In this document: one piece after another, positions 26,991 through 38,419 of the stretch
Layout: every line of letters starts with the position of its first letter
How positions within the stretch are numbered: position 1 is the stretch's first letter
Source of the DNA: Azolla caroliniana
Lineage: Eukaryota; Plantae; Polypodiophyta
Reading direction: 5' to 3'
DNA: 64,000 nt
Assembly: GCA_043228905.1 (NCBI GenBank)
Contig: JBHGNT010000002.1
Location: 25,978,001 to 26,042,000 of the forward strand
Position numbers and translations under genes: made by a program
The notes under the pieces: generated by a model
Told to the model about the DNA's origin: nothing
What the model saw: the letters and a program-made list of their open reading frames with translations, nothing else
Database searches by the model: none

Positions 26991-29080
26991 AAAGACTCAT
27001 ACCTTGAAGTATTGCACTTCCAAGGGTCACTTTTGAGTCAAGGGTCACACTCCTCTCGATGGGTTAATCGAGGAGATGGACTAACAATTTGGAAACTCTA
27101 ATGATTCCCTTTCACATTACAAGCCTTGTGCCCATTGATCATTCTTACGTAATAAAGGGTAGTTCCCCACAAATTACAACATAACCATGTTTCTTACATA
27201 CATTTGGCTTATCACCACTAGTTGAGATTGAAAATACTAAAAATTTATAGAGTTCATTAGAGCTAAAGAGATTGTTTAATGCACAAACATATTTGTAGCC
27301 CCCTTTTGTGTAAGGATCTCAATGAAAATGCGAGAAAGGGATAGAGAAAAGTAAGATATTTTGGCTAATCCAACATTGTTGTTGGCCTTTTGTGTATCTC
27401 TTTCTTTGTTATGTGCTTTATGAGTTATCGAATAATTCTACAATGTTTAAGTGACAAATCGTGTCTAATTGAGTCGAGTGATTTTATCTCCCCTTGATCA
27501 CGATGTTGTCAGATTAATTCAGGTGCATGTATCACAATCAACCTATGTGATTTCCTTGTGGAAGTTCAACCCCTTGCTACCCTCGCATTCAAGTGGATGA
27601 ATACAATTTGCAACATGTAATGTAATTAGACAAAGGGACATTGGTCCCTGTGTAAGGTATCCTATTGACAAACATGAAACATGTCATTGCCCTGGAGGAA
27701 GGCCTAGCTTTCAACTCTTCCCATCTCAAGACACCACAGGTACTAAGGACAAACAACGAGAAATAGTAGGAAACTAGAGTGTTCTAGTTGATGACCTCAT
27801 GATCTACATAAACCCATGAAGATAACATTGCAACCATGATGGATGGTTGAGCTCATAGTCAACAATGGTAAACACAACTCTAAGAGCAATTAGAGCTTCT
27901 CTGGTAGGTTCAAAGCCTCAAATTTCCACCCCTTTGATCCACTCTTCACTCATACTGGAGATGATGAGGAGCTATTGAGTGTTAGAGTTGAGCATATCCG
28001 GTGAGTTCTTAGCAAGTATCAGATGACCCATAACAACTCACAACCTCAAACCACAACTTGCAATTGTTTTTGGGATGACAGTCCCTCTATCGAATCGGCA
28101 ATTGCTTTCCCATGATATATTGAGCAAAATTATCATGAAGTTGAGTGTCCAACCTAGAAACTACATGCAATGGAAAGGTTTCAATTATAATCTATTACTA
28201 TAAGACATATAAGTTTTGATCAAATATGGGATCAAAACTTGAGCCTTAATTTTCTTTCATGACTATCCAACATACATACATTGCAATATACTCAAAGGCA
28301 ATTTGGAATATTGAAAAGCATTAAGATTAACCACTATTGTAAATGCATAAAGGCAATATACTTCCGAAGGTTGGGCACACACATGTAACAAATAGTATTC
28401 AACAATATACCCACACACATAAATGAGCAAATAGTATTCAACTAAACTCGAGGAAAGGGCCAATAATTAAAGTGTAAAGAGATAGTACAAAAACTTTAGA
28501 AATATAAGAGATGCATGTTCATGGATTCATTACAAATGATATTATCTCTTTCTCCAGTTACACAAACATAAGCAATTTTCCTTTTTTTAAAAGTTGATTA
28601 TGTTTTTGTTGATGCTTTTCCTCTTTCAATGGTGTTTTAATTTGGTTATATTAGACCTCCATGGGTTGATAATGAGACCAATTAATAACTTTCAACGAGG
28701 TATGAACGCCTTTTTTGACCATTCTCAATAATCAATTTTATTGTTAACCTAATATTATTGCTTTGAACCTTGGCTTAGTCATGCCAACATCTTGTTCATC
28801 GAGATTCTGCATTTCAAACATGCAAAATTATTGAGTAGCGTGTAAGGCAATGAATATGGCTCAATGGTAACAAGTTTATTTTTTCCATCTTCATTTTTAG
28901 AATGTTGTATGGCTAGACACTTGTACCATTTCAGAGAAGATGTCGGCATCCTTTTCCTCAATGAGATAGAATGAGATCAATAGGTGTACTTGGAACCCCT
29001 TTAGTATCAAACCATGAAAAGAAAGAGAGTTTCAACTATGGGAAGAAGGTATCCTTCCTCTAGTGGTAGTGTAATTCCAA

Positions 29081-30010
29081 ATGTACTTTATGCATGCACT
29101 TCCCCAAATAAGCATTCACGTGCTTAGTGAATGCGCATCTCCAACTTTAAGGTTACAATCGAGGCACAAGTTGACATTACAAAGCAAGCAAACAGGAGTA
29201 AAACATACTGAAAACACTCAAAAGGTTGTAAGGTTTAGACCGGACATTGATCGAGCTTATGGGATGATGCATGTCTCTAGTCGTATCAAACCGCAACCAT
29301 TCATTTTCGTTTGTAACTTTTAATTGTTTCGGGAAAGAAGAAGAAGCGTACGTGTGTGTGTTATTTGCAGAACCATCTCACACACATTTTGATCGAGTGC
29401 ATCGATCCATGATTTGATCGGGTGCATTGATCCATGTTTTGGTCGGGTGAATCGATCCATGTTTTGATCGAGAGCATTGATATGTGGTGCCGAAATTTGC
29501 GGAATCACTACCAATCAATGGGCTACAACTTGGAGTCTCCCACTCACTCTTAATAGTGATGATATATTGATATGATGATAAATTTCTTTTTTATAGCAAA
29601 AATGTATACATACATACATATATAGGAAAAGGTCTATATAGAAGGATGAAAGAAGATAAAGATTATGGTTTTTTAAAGTCATTTTAATGTGGACAAATGT
29701 CATGTTCCTAACCCCCCCCCCCCAATTAGAGAGAGAAGAGAACAAATGCATGCAAAACAGCACACCATGTAATTTATAGCTAACAGTTATGCATAAATAT
29801 GGGAAATCTGTAACAGCTAATTTCCATTGCATTCGGTGGCTTGTTTTCCCCCCATTTGGTTCTCTCATATATATATATGTTCATTTCTCAACCAGACATT
29901 ATTATTAAAGAGAGAGAAAAACAGCTTTAGCTTAGTAGATTAAAAAGATAGCAAATTTAGAAATCTAGAGGCTGAAATCATTCAATAGATAGCTAGCTAT
30001 AATACCAATT
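29081..30010 (+). promoter_or_regulatory. LEA promoter with RY (CATGCA) and G-box/ABRE-like motifs
   Basis: CATGCA at 29093 and 29749, CACGTG at 29117, ACGTGT at ~29350. RY plus ABRE is the usual ABI3/bZIP combination in LEA promoters, but such short motifs also occur by chance. Confidence 0.45.
29387..29486. repeat. 4 x 25-bp tandem repeat (TTTTGATCGRGTGCATYGATCCATG)
   Basis: Units at 29387, 29412, 29437 and 29462, differing by a few substitutions. Confidence 0.92.
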
Positions 30011-30108
30011 TGTTAGTACACACAATACTTTTCTTGTTCTAACAAATTCAAAGAACCAACAAACAAAAATCTGTCTGCAGAAAAAGAAAAATTAGAAGAA
30101 GAAAAGAA

Positions 30109-32182
30109 ATGGCTAGTGAACAACAACAACAACAGGAACGTCTACACCAACAGGATGATGATGATAAGCATCGCCGCGTGGCCCATGAAAGGTTGTCTTT
30201 GGTCGCATCTCATTTGAAACCCAGCGCACCTCGTGTGCGTCGCTGGTATCTCTTTTAATTTTAATTTTTTAAAGTTTTAAATTTTTTCTTAAAAAGTTTT
30301 TTCCTTTTTAATTATTTGAAATCATTAACTGTTTTAGATCTCTCTTATAATCTTCCATTTTATTCTAGCTCTTTCCCAAACTCTTCTTTTATTTATTTTA
30401 AAGTTGTTTCTTTAATTAGAAGCCATTAATTGTTTTTAGATTTCTCTTATAATCATCCGTTTATTCGAGCTTTTCCCCAAATTATTTTGATATAAAAGTA
30501 TTTTCTTGTCTAGGCAGTCAGATTTGTCTTCTCGTCTCATTAATTTGGCATTCTAAATTGATTTTAATTATTCTCTTGGGCTTCTCATCTCACTTTTCTG
30601 GCATTCTAAAATTGTTCTATTGGGCAACCCATCAAGGGCTATTATCTGAAAGTTGTATATTGCATTCGAAATTGATTAGTAGATTGGGTTTTGTAGATTT
30701 TTTTTTATTCGTCCAAAATGATTACGTTGATTGCTACTCGGGTTTGAATGATGCTATATATTGATCATGCTTAAACGTAAAGTAAAATTAAAACTTACAT
30801 TGATTAGCTTAATTGTCATAAGCAATCCATTTTCCATTGATTAGGGTAAACTGTACAATCAATGCATAGTATATATATAACTTGTTACAATCCGTACAAT
30901 CCATCGTATATAACTTGTTACAATCCATCATATATAACTTGTTACAATCCATCATAATAACGTACATAGCTGAATTGCCTTTTCTTTCTTTCTTACAATT
31001 AGGTTGGGTGAGAAAGCAGGGGAATCGGCGGCTCAATTGAAAGAAGCAGGGAAAGAGGGTGCAGAGGCAGCACAAGAGAAGGCCAGCCTTTACAAAGAGG
31101 ATGTGAAAGGCAAAGCAGGTGAAGCTAGCGAGAAGGCGAGGGGAACCACAGAAAAGGCGAAAGAGAAGGCCGGGGAGGCCACAGAAGCCGCCAAGGAGAA
31201 AGCCGAAGGGATGAAAGAAGGCATGGCTGAGACAAAGGAGCAGAGCAAAGGCTTCTTGCAATCGGTGGTAGACACGGTGTCGGAGAAGGTCCAAGCCGCG
31301 AGAGAGCACGCGATGGAGGCCTCGGAGCACACCAAGGAGGCTGCGGGTGAGAAGGCCGAGAGAGCCAAAGAGATGGCCGGCGACACGAGAGACTCGGCCC
31401 AGCACAAAGGCGGGGAGATGGCTGAATCCACTAGAGATCGCGTTTCAGGGACCGCCGAGTCGGCTCAGCACAAGGCCGATGAGATGTCGGAGCTTGCCAG
31501 AGAGAAGGCGGCCGAGACGAAAGAGCATAGCAAAGGCTTGTTGCAATCGATCGCCGACACTGTGTCCGAGAAGATGCACGATCTCACGGAGACGGTGTCA
31601 GAGAAGGTGCATGCCGCGCGCGAGAGGGCCTCCGAATCCGCCCAACACGCGAAGGATAGCTCATACGAAGCCGCTGAGAAGGCCCGAGAAACCACTCAAG
31701 ACACCGCCCAACAAGCCAAGCAGAAGTCGCTCGACACTGCCCAAGGAGCCAAGGAAAGCGCGTCGGAATCGGCCCAACGTGCAAAGGACACGGCCATGGA
31801 GATGGCCCAACATGCCCACGAGGGGTCGAAAGGTTATCTGCAGAGCGTGACAGACACGTTATCGGAGAAAGTCGGGGCCATGAAGGTGACTATCATGGGG
31901 AAGAGCGAGGAGGCCAAGGAGAAGGCCCAAGAGAGCACCGAGGAAGCAAAGAAGAAAGCCGGAGAAAGCAAACAAAGTGTCGAGGAGAGAGCCGAGGAGT
32001 ATAGGAAGAGCGCATCAGACAGTGCGAAAGGGGTTTCGGAGCGAGCGGCCGAAGAGAGGGAGGGGACCAAAGGGTATTTGCAATCAGTTGGGGAGTCCTT
32101 GCGAGAAGGTTTGATGGGGAAGCATCACGATGATCCCAATCCACATGCAGGCCATCGTGAAAGCGGATCACACAACAAGTAG
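30109..32182 (+). CDS. Group-3 (LEA_4-like) late embryogenesis abundant protein, 438 aa, with an N-terminal PTS2-like signal
   Basis: Exon 1 30109-30245 (MASEQQQQQERLHQQDDDDKHRRVAHERLSLVASHLKPSAPRVRR, TG|GTATCT) joins exon 2 31003-32182 (ttag|G TTG GGT GAG) in phase. Exon 2 is hydrophilic and A/E/K/S/T-rich with 11-mer-like repeats (e.g. TAQQAKQKSLD, SAQRAKDTAME). Confidence 0.88.
30872..30955. repeat. 3 x ~24-bp tandem repeat in the LEA intron
   Basis: tatataacttgttacaatcc(atc) occurs three times. Confidence 0.85.
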
Positions 32183-33256
32183 GGACCCTCAAAATAAAAA
32201 CTCAATTCACAAAAGATTGTGATCTTATATAGTTGCCGACGATCGATCGAGAAACTATAATGAATTTGTGTGCGAGACCTTACATATAAAGAATTCTGCA
32301 AATAAAAGGGAAAGCGAAAAAATGGAAGTGGGATGATAGATGGAAGATTGGTTTTTTGAATACATTATAGGAGCATTGTGTATAGGTTATAAATATTTCG
32401 TGATGTAATAAGAGTTCCAATATTTTGGTAAATATGAGAGTTTATTTTGGTAAATATGATATCATCATATTTTGAACATGTTGCATTCCTTAAATCTAGA
32501 ATTGTCACAATTATTCAAATGTTTTGAAGAGCATATATATATATGTTGCTAATTGGTAAAATTTTAAGATAATATTGTTGTAGAGATGATTCTCAATTTT
32601 ATTTTGTACATTATCATTGTGGAGATGACGTTGATAATACATGTTGATGATTCCTTCAAGATTATTTGGCTCTAAATGCTATATTTGTATTGATCTCATT
32701 GTTAATGTTCTCTTGAGAACGGTTTTGGCAGAACAAATGGCAATTGTATCATCATTGTGTTGATTTGGAATAGAGTTTTGCTTGCTCGATTACTTTCATA
32801 TAATATCCTTGCATGCTTAATCTTGGACTTAAAGAACAATTGGTGGATCATCATTGAGCTGATTTGCTGATTTGGAATAGAGTTTTGCTTGCTTGATTAC
32901 ATTATATCCTATGATGTATCCTTGCAATATAATTTTAGAATTTGTTGAACTTCATTTGTATTGTAGAGGTAAAAAATCTTGAATTTAGCTTTGAGAGTGG
33001 GTGGACATCAAGCTGATCGTGGGTACGTATAATCTTTATGTACTAACCAATATATGCTTAAGCAATTTTGGTGAAATATAATAATAACATTTATACATTC
33101 ATATATAATAGTTTTATTTGATTTCATTGGTCTTAGCGTCATTTTAGTAGCTCCGTGCTCGAAAAATGAACTTTCAAGTTTTCGTCCATTTCTTATATAA
33201 CTTTTCGTAAAATGGAGGACCAATCAATGATCTTATTGTCTCTCAAAGAAAGTACA

Positions 33257-33412
33257 AATATGAACCAATCATTGATATTATGCATGAGTGCATGTTTGCC
33301 ATAGGAAGAGCCAATTAAATGAGAAAGGATTCGAAAGGTAGAAATATGAACCAATCATTGATATTAGCATGAGTGCATGTTTGCCATAGGAAGAGCCAAT
33401 TAAATGAGAAAG
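33257..33412. repeat. Near-perfect ~73-bp direct repeat between LEA and ECT
   Basis: aaatatgaaccaatcattgatatta..gcatgagtgcatgtttgccataggaagagccaattaaatgagaaagg occurs twice. Confidence 0.88.
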
Positions 33413-34285
33413 GTTGTACTTTCGTACTCTACATTGATAATGAAGAGGTGATTGTAATGTGAGGGATGTGTACATATATAGGATTCAATCCATCATCTAG
33501 AACATCCTCTAAACAAACAAATGTGATACCCATTGCATTATATTCTAGACAAAACATCCAATTTGAACAAATTCAGTTTAATGAAGCCGATTCTTTGTTG
33601 GTTCATCTTGCATGTAGGCATGAGGGTGATATTAAGATAAATCTTGAGGCCGAAGCAAGTGAGATAAATTTCATCAAAAAATTTGTGTCAATAAAGCATG
33701 CAAATCAGAGTTCATACAAAATCGATTATATATTATTAAGTGTCCACCTATGCATTCTTATATACATACACGGGCACATGTACTTCGTAGTGACATGTCT
33801 CAATGGTGGTGCAGGTGTACACAGACAATTTCAACAAAATGGAAGAAAACTTTCCTTTTTGTAATGTAATAACACAATATACAAGGAGGTTCACATCTCT
33901 CTAGATACAACAGACACAGGACATGCATTTGTATAAATTTTCACAATGCCAGATAACAATTACAGATAAGTCATTGAGCTCACATTCCTTTTTTCATATT
34001 AAAAAATGAGGTTGATTGATTACACTCATACCAAAATGGCCCTTTGTGAAACTGAAACCGAAACTGGTCTCTGCACCAAAATTGAAACTAGCAGGATGGG
34101 CATCCTCTTTTTCACCCATTTGAAAATAGTTGAAAAGGAGGCCAAAATAACCAAATTAAATGCCGAACAAATCAAGGGCATTGTAGTGGATCAAAAACAC
34201 ATTTTCTATCACATGAATGCCAACTCTGCCACAGTGAAGCCAATAAATCTCTATTTAATGACCCCTACATATATGGTTGGCAATT

Positions 34286-37200
34286 TCAAGAAGCAACAAG
34301 AATAATTTCCTTTGCAATGAACTTGATATTTTCCTTATCAACCCTTCGCCTTTCTTTATCAAGAATCGAATTGGGACTTCTTGTAATAATATGTGATGTT
34401 TTGGCAACCAAAGGTCTTGCAATATAAATAGATGATTCTTTGGATTTAGACGCATTATCACACCCCTTATTAGTAGGATTTAAAGCTTTTAAACCAGTAG
34501 TATCCTCACTTTGTGCTTCAATGATTTGCTCGCCTATGTTCAGAAAGCTCTCATGTGACAATTTTTGCTTTTGTGATCTTGATTCGAACACTGATTTTTC
34601 GGGCGTATGTTGGTTCGAGGAGCTCCCAAATTCATCTAAAATAGATGTCTTAGAAGGATAACTTTTTAGTATATTCAACATCTCTAGGCCTTGTGAAAGA
34701 AATACCTGAAAAATAGTAAGTTTACAAACTGTAAGACTGAAATAAGTTTAACTCAAAATTAATTAAGGTTTAACTTCTATATGTACCATATGTTCACTCA
34801 AGATCAATTCAGTTTATCTAAGATCAAGACTAATCAACATTGTAAATCAAGATGCATCCTGTTTAACTTAAGATCAAGATTAATAAAGGTTTTAACTTGA
34901 CATAAATCAAAGATTTCACTAATCATAAATAAATACCAACCTCTTGAGTATCTCGACTGTTTGTGACAGGTTTATTTTCATTATTTTGCAAGATTACTCT
35001 CCGAAACAGTGAATTTGGAACATCCTTTACGAAATGCCACTTCACTGGGAATGAACCACTCCATTTCTGTTGCTGCCAAAACTCCATGCTTTTCTTATAG
35101 TTTACTGGACCTGTCATCTCTGCTACACCACAGAATTGCCTACTTCCATTCACCTGTTGAAAACAATAGCACAGATATATATTAATCCATGAAAACTATT
35201 AAGGAAAAAAACAGTTATACAAAAAAATTGGGAAAATCTAATGTATATAAACAAAATAACAGCCATAGACATACGTACATACCTGGATACATAATACATA
35301 TATATATATACACTTTGAAACACATTAGAGAAATCACTAATACATACATACCTGGATACATAATACATATATATATACACTATAATGCAAACAGCAATAT
35401 ATATATATATACACACACAACACTAATAATCATTATAAAAAGTCAACAAGGTTGTTTTTATAAAATAAAACTAATATGAAAAACAAAAAACAAACAGCAT
35501 AAAACAAGTTCCAAAATAACCATGATAAATAATAGTTGAGAAAAAAACAAATTTGAGAATCATTAAAAAACCAAAAAAGCACTAAAAAGGCAATTGTAAA
35601 TTCGTTAACAAACCTAGTATAGCTTACCGAAAAGAAAAGAAACACAGGACATCCACAAGGGCTCCCCCGCACACGCCTCTGCGCCTCATGATATGCATCA
35701 TCAAGTTTCTTGTTTCCGTTGGGAGTACTGGCCCAAACACCATATTGAATGCTCCGGTATACATTCTCATCACTATAAGATTTAATTATGAAAAACCTGG
35801 CATCTTCAAAGTTGACTACAAACTCATCCTTTGACGAGTCAGAGCAATTCTTCCCACAATTTGCAATGCAGAAACCTACCTCTTTATTGGAATCTTTGGT
35901 TGCATCAGGTGTAGATTTTGTTATCAAATCATTTCCAAGTGGTTGAGAATCAATTACATTCATGACCTCACTTTGAATTGGCTTACTAGCATTTCTTCCC
36001 TTTAGATTGGCTCGAAAATCCTCATTATCAGCATCTTTCATATTCGTCTTACTCTCATTTCTGCCTTTCGAACCACCTAACAAACCAATGGAAGAGGGGA
36101 TAACTTCACCATCTTTTCCCATGCTACTATCCCTTCTTTTCCAAGTAGACCCATTAACTGGTGTGTTTTTTACCTTGTTCGAGCTCCATAGCTGCTGAGC
36201 CTCAACTTTTTCAGCCGAATTCTCAACCCAAGAAGGTGCACAAGCTCTAAGGGCATGGTGTGAATATAAAGGATAAGATAATACAGGAACAGGAACGACG
36301 GCACTTTCACATGGTACAAATGCTACTGGGTTATTAGGTATAATGGACCCCGAAAAGTTATTATTATATGCATTTGGAATGAGCATGGTTTCATCTTGCG
36401 GACCTGATGCCATCACCCCTCCATACTGCCCAATAGGGGTTTGTTGATAATACGGCTCAATAGGGTATGTATACACTTGAGGAGAATTATAAAGATATCC
36501 TTCATTTGCTTCAGGAGAACCATAGACATATCCATCACTTGCTTGATGTGATGGATAGTGCATCCCAGCTGAGATCGGTAAATTTCCATACATGGGCTGA
36601 GGTCCATACGTGAAATCAATCACCTGTGCACTCAAAACCAAAAGAGTGTCTCAAACAAAGGAAAGTTTATCAAGTTGGGTTATGTCCACCCTAAGGGGTG
36701 GCTATAGACATAATACGGAAAGAAAATCTGCAAGATATATAGTAACAATTTATTCACACTTACTGGATTGTAGTAATGTGTACCATCAATTGGATACGGT
36801 ATATATCCCGGGCTGTTGGTAGGAGCTGCTGAAAGACGTCAAAATGGGTTTTTTAGAACAAAAGTAACACAATCAAAAGAAATACAAAGAAAAAACAGTG
36901 AAAGATTAATATAAAAATGGACAATTAAGCAAAGAAACATAAATGTTAGAAAAAGCAAAAGATTTGAGAAAAGAGAAAAGGGTGAACAATAATGAAAGGT
37001 ATACAAAAGCTAAATATACACATAAGGGACTTGCCTGTGTAAATACCTCCATTCGAAGGAATCATAAATCCATGGGGATCTGTGATCATGGAGAAATCTG
37101 GGAATTCTTCAGGAGATGAATATGAACTTGCTCCATCACTCCGTGATTCGTTAACACAATCTTGATATACAACTTGATGCTTTGCAGCACAAAACTGTAT

Positions 37201-38337
37201 GAGAAAAGAAGAAATAAGGAGGAGATAAATGGGATGGTTTAAATCTAGCTATATGATATATAGATATAAGAAATTGGAAGGTAATATCAAGGACAAAAAC
37301 AAGATCTAACTTTATGATTACATACAAATTTGGACAAAATCCATGGAAAAGTTTAATCTCGCTGTATAGTTGACCATCTTCGAAGAGAACATTCGAAGAT
37401 CCTAATTACATGACAAAAGGGTAAAATGGAAGAAAACTGATTAAAAACTTGATCTAACTATAAGATTAGGATACATCCATGGATAATGATTAATCTAATA
37501 CTGCATTTTATACGATAACAAAATAAATTAGCATAGCAATGCTTGATCTAAAAAAAATTAGAAAGACATGATATTTGACGTTTCTATATATTAACGCTGC
37601 TTGTTATAAAGATAACCAACCGCAAAAAATCCTAATCTGACCACAAATACGAAAGAAATCAATGACACAATTGGAAATCTTCTCACACTTGTTACATGCA
37701 TGAAAAACCTATTTAAAACTATTTGACAGAATAAGGAATCAATGACCACATACGAAATGAGAAGAACATTCATGAAAAACTTAATTTGACATTATGGTAA
37801 CATGAGAAATCAAATAACATACATGGGTAACCTTAGTCTGACTATACGATAACATAATAAGCCAGAACATTCACGGAAAAGCTTAATCTGACTATATGAT
37901 AATAGGAGTCAGAAAATCATTAAAGGAGAATATGAGCTTTGCAATTATTAGAGAAAGAATTCCATGGAACAGTTTAATGTAACAATCCATAAGAAAATCA
38001 AAGAACAAAACTATCAGCAATGTATTCGAGCTATTACAACATTAGAAGATATTCTTCTCATTCCAATATTTTTAATAGCATAATGAAATCCCTTTTTCTT
38101 TACCTCTGTCTGGCCAGAATTCTTTTTCTTTACATCGACATTCAAGTTCTCAAACTTTTGGTTGATTTCTGCAAATGTTTGTAAAACAAGTCAGAAAGAA
38201 AACATACAGAGGTACAGAAAATGAAAGGAAAAAAGCAGGCAGAAGAAAACATAGATCTAGCACGAGAGACAGAGAAGAGAGAAGATAAGAATAAAGACAT
38301 TACTATTAATAGATCGATCCACAGTTACTCCCGCCAT
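34286..38337 (-). CDS. ECT: YTHDF/ECT-family m6A reader
   Basis: Exons: 38337-38304 [11 protein letters not shown]; ~38168-38104 [11 protein letters not shown]; two Y/P/G-rich exons; 36623-35628 ending [41 protein letters not shown]; 35153-34941 [45 protein letters not shown]; 34705-34286 [17 protein letters not shown]. Confidence 0.93.
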
Positions 38338-38419
38338 AGATTCTTCCTCTTTCCTCTTCTTCTTCCTTGTGCCTTCCTCTTCTCTTGTCGAACTAAGCCT
38401 GAATAGTTGGAGAGATCTG

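Noticed and set aside
29387-29486. CRISPR-like appearance of short repeats
   Set aside because: The units are contiguous with no unique spacers, there are no cas genes, and the context is eukaryotic.
30109-32182. Seed biotinylated protein (SBP65), suggested by the MASEQ start
   Set aside because: The VGKF-type biotinylation motif is absent.
30809-32192. Several antisense and alternate-frame ORFs (76-198 aa) over the LEA exon
   Set aside because: Shadow ORFs expected from a GC-rich repetitive coding exon.
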